NCBI GenBank assembly: GCA_963790465.1
Contig: CAWBOP010000025.1
Span: 40,913 to 104,912 of the forward strand
Source: Terriglobia bacterium
GTDB taxonomy: Bacteria; Acidobacteriota; Polarisedimenticolia; Polarisedimenticolales; JAIQFR01
Length of the DNA stretch: 64,000 bases
Direction of reading: 5' to 3'
Each line of letters starts with the position of its first letter. Position 1 is the stretch's first letter. The notes beneath the pieces were generated by a model. The model was not told the origin of the DNA. It ran no database searches and saw only the letters and a list, made by a program, of their open reading frames with translations. A program made the translations under genes and the position numbers. This document shows positions 61,238 through 64,000 of the stretch, piece after piece.

Positions 61238-63806
61238 ATGCGCCCAGTGAAAACGTTCCACGTGAAGCCAGCGCTCCCGGAGAGGCTCGCCGCGCTCGAG
61301 GAGGTCGCCTACAACCTGCGCTGGTCCTGGGACCACGAGACGATCAGTCTGTTCCGGAGGCTCGACCGCGATCTGTGGGAGGAGAGCGGGCACAACCCCG
61401 TGCTGATGCTCGGCAGCATTCGCCAGGAGCGGTTGCAGGACGCGGCGCAGGACGAGGCGTTTCTCGCTCACCTCGACCGGGTGGCGGCCGAGCTGCACGA
61501 GTACGTCGCCGGCGCGACCACCTGGCACCGGAAGAAGTTCGGTCCCTGCGAGACCCCCGCGGTCGCCTACTTCTCGATGGAGTTCGGCCTCACCGAGTGC
61601 CTGCCGATCTACTCGGGCGGGCTCGGCATGCTCGCCGGCGACCACCTGAAGTCGGCCAGCGAGCTGGGCGATGCCGCTGGTCGGCGTCGGCCTCCTCTAC
61701 CAGAAGGGCTACTTCCGGCAGTACCTGACCGCGGACGGCTGGCAGCAGGAGCGCTACCCGGTCAACGACTTCTCGATCCTGCCCGTGCGGCCGTTCCACG
61801 GCGAGCGGAGCCGGCCGATCCGGATCACGGTGGACCTCGCCGGCCGCCCGCTGGTGCTGCGCCCCTGGCGCGTGCGAGGTCGGCCGCGTGACGCTCTTCC
61901 TGCTCGACACCAACCTCCCGGAGAACCCGCCCGACCTCCAGGACGATCACCGCCGAGCTCTACGGCGGCGACGGCGACCTGCGCATCCGGCAGGAGATCG
62001 TGCTCGGCATCGGCGGCGTGCGGGCGCTGCTCGCGCTCGGCCTCCGGCCCCGGGCGTTCCACATGAACGAGGGGCACTCCGCGTTCCTGGGGCTCGAGCG
62101 CATCCGCGTTCTCATGAAGCGAGAACGCCCTGGCGTTCGCCGAGGCGCTCGAGGTGGTGCGCGGCGAGCAGCGTCTTCACCACGCACACGCCCGTGCCGG
62201 CGGGCATCGACATGTTCGGCGCCGACCTGATGGAGCGCTACTTCGGCCGGGTTCCGCGCCGAGCTGGGTCTGTCGCGCGAGGAGTTCCTCGACCTCGGCC
62301 GCATCCACCCGGGGCAGCAGGACGAGCCGTTCAACATGGCGGTGCTCGCGATCCGCACGTCGCGCTACGCCAACGGGGTGAGCCGGCTGCACGGCGAGGT
62401 GTCCCGCGCGCATGTGGCAGGACGTCTGGCCGGGGGTTCCGCTCGACGAGATCCCGATCGCCCACGTCACCAACGGCGTCCACCCGCAGTCCTGGATCTC
62501 CGACGAGATGCGCAATCTGTTCGACCGCTACCTCGGCCCGCGCTGGGCCGAGGAGCCGGGCGACACCGGGGTGTGGGCGCGAGGGGAGCAGATCCCCGAC
62601 GAGGAGCTGTGGCGCACCCACGAGCGGCGGCGCGAGCGGCTGGTGGCGTTCGCGCGGCGCCGGCTGGCGAAGCAGCTCGACGGCGCGCGGCGCGGGCGAT
62701 GTCCGAGATCGCGCTGGCGGACGAGGTGCTCGATCCCGAGGCGCTGACGATCGGCTTCGCGCGGCGGTTCGCGACCTACAAGCGGGCGACGCTGCTGCTG
62801 CGCGATCCGGCGCGCCTCGCGCGGATCCTCAACGCGCCGGGCCGCCCGGTGCAGATCATCTTCGCCGGCAAGGCGCACCCGAAGGACGAGCCGGGCAAGG
62901 AGTTGATCCGGGAGATCGTCCAGCTCGCCCGCAGGCCGGAGTTCCGGCGGCGCCTCGTGTTCCTCGAGGACTACGACCAGGTGGTCGCCCGCTACCTCGT
63001 CCAGGGCGTGGACGTCTGGCTCAACACGCCGCGGCGCCCGATGGAGGCGAGCGGCACGAGCGGCATGAAGGCGGCGTTCAACGGCGCGCTCAACCTCAGC
63101 ATCCTCGACGGCTGGTGGGACGAGGCGGTCTCGCCGGCGGACGGGCTGGGCGATCGGGAAGGGCGAGGACTACCGCGACCTCGAGTACCAGGACCGGGTC
63201 GAGGCGGGAGCGCTCTACGACCTGCTCGAGAACGAGGTCGTGCCGCTGTTCTACACGCGCGGCGCCGACCACCTGCCGCGCGGCTGGATCTCGCTGATGA
63301 AGACCGCCATGAGCGACCTCTGCCCGGTCTTCAACACGAATCGGATGGTCTACCAGTACACGATGGCCGGGTACCGTCCCGCGCAGGAGCGGCGCACCCG
63401 CTTCGAGGAAGACGGATTCCGCCGGGCCCGCGAGCTGGCCCGCTGGAAGGAGAAGGTTCGTGGCGCCTGGAGGAAGGTGCGCGTGCTCCGCGTCGAGACC
63501 GTCCTTCCCGAGGAAACGCGGGTCGGCAAGGAGTTCGAGGTGAAGGCGTGGGTCGAGACCGGCGACCTCGCCCCCGCGGACCTGTCGGTGCAGGTGTACC
63601 TCGGCAAGCTGCGCGAGAGCCGCGAGATCGTCGAACCGGAGATCTTCGAGATGGCGCTTTCGGGGCCGGAGCCGTCGGGCGACCGGTTGTTCTCGGTGAA
63701 GATTCCGTGCCGCTCGAGCGGAACGCAGGGGCTGACCGTCCGCGTACTCCCGCGGCACGACGACCTCGTCCAGCCGCACGAGACCGCCCTGATCGCGTGG
63801 GCGTAG
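61238..63806 (+). pseudogene. glgP: alpha-glucan (maltodextrin/glycogen) phosphorylase, GT35 alpha-glucan family, about 9 frame changes
   Basis: Conserved blocks are spread over three frames: [119 protein letters not shown] and EASGTSGMKAAFNG. Confidence 0.88.
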
Positions 63807-63810
63807 AGGA

Positions 63811-63860
63811 AATAGGGGACGGTCCCTATTCCGGAGAATAGGGACTGTTCCCCTTTTTTT
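63811..63860 (+). terminator. Rho-independent terminator after glgP
   Basis: The near-perfect 16-17-bp stem GGGGACGGTCCCTATT-ccggag-AATAGGGACTGTTCCCC is followed by T7. Confidence 0.8.
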
Positions 63861-63870
63861 CGGAGGCGTC

Positions 63871-64000
63871 ATGTCCGTCGAGACGTTCGTTGCGAGCCGG
63901 CTGACCCACGGGAATTTCCTGTTCCCGACGGTGATCGAGGTCGGCGACACGTTCGTCGTGAAGCGGACGCGTACGCTGTTCTCGAAGAACGAGATCAGCA
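63871..64000 (+). CDS. hypothetical protein, N-terminal part (runs off the window)
   Basis: An RBS (GGAGG) lies 4-8 nt upstream of the ATG. The open frame MSVETFVASRLTHGNFLFPTVIEVGDTFVVKRTRTLFSKNEIS reaches the window end. Confidence 0.5.
   Translation, partial: MSVETFVASRLTHGNFLFPTVIEVGDTFVVKRTRTLFSKNEIS

Overview
This is a high-GC (roughly 68-70%) bacterial chromosomal segment. The gene content is reminiscent of Acidobacteriota- or Myxococcota-type genomes, but the taxon cannot be fixed from the sequence alone.

Layout along the window:
- 1-781: imuB tail.
- 782-6621: a 5.8-kb decayed defence/MGE-type island. It holds an ORF6N remnant, a SLOG-like gene plus a PRiA4_ORF3 gene, ImmA/IrrE plus DUF4411, an HsdR stub, HEARO-HNH running in frame into Mrr, and a broken XRE gene.
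- 6622-9983: a heavily frame-broken dnaE2.
- 10.1-21.2 kb: intact housekeeping block (CoA-binding protein, rbsBAC-like sugar ABC transporter, GH38 alpha-mannosidase, outer-membrane beta-barrel, aminotransferase, MFS transporter, arfB).
- 22254-27124: a roughly 1620-aa Ser/Thr-kinase / AAA-TPR / GAF / sigma54-activator fusion gene with at least 6 frame breaks.
- 27.3-32.1 kb: yjbQ, a CAP-domain gene, gluQ and an M28 peptidase.
- 32.1-53.1 kb: a stretch bracketed by two 98%-identical 182-bp MITE-like palindromic elements. Each sits on the TAG stop codon of a gene. The stretch contains a PilZ gene, a Fic protein with a degenerate active site, a low-GC DUF4143 ATPase, an isochorismatase remnant, an ECF sigma/anti-sigma module flanked by 42-bp direct repeats, a GT39/FkbM/DUF4388/TMTC-like glycosylation cluster, a RES-Xre toxin-antitoxin pair, macA plus two macB-type permeases, and a radical-SAM gene.
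- 53.1-64 kb: a GT2 glycosyltransferase, ftcD, membrane proteins, an OYE flavin reductase, a DUF433/DUF5615 toxin-antitoxin pair flanked by 14-bp direct repeats, a frame-broken glgP with a strong terminator, and a partial ORF.

I found no rRNA, tRNA, CRISPR array, transposase or integrase.

The most notable signals are:
- the stop-codon-targeting MITE;
- the island splitting the imuB-dnaE2 mutagenesis cassette;
- frameshifts concentrated non-randomly in a few genes;
- several cassettes bounded by short direct repeats;
- unusual fusion or degenerate proteins (HNH-Mrr, kinase-bEBP, Ser-for-His Fic).

All functional calls rest on motif and family recognition by eye. No database search was run.
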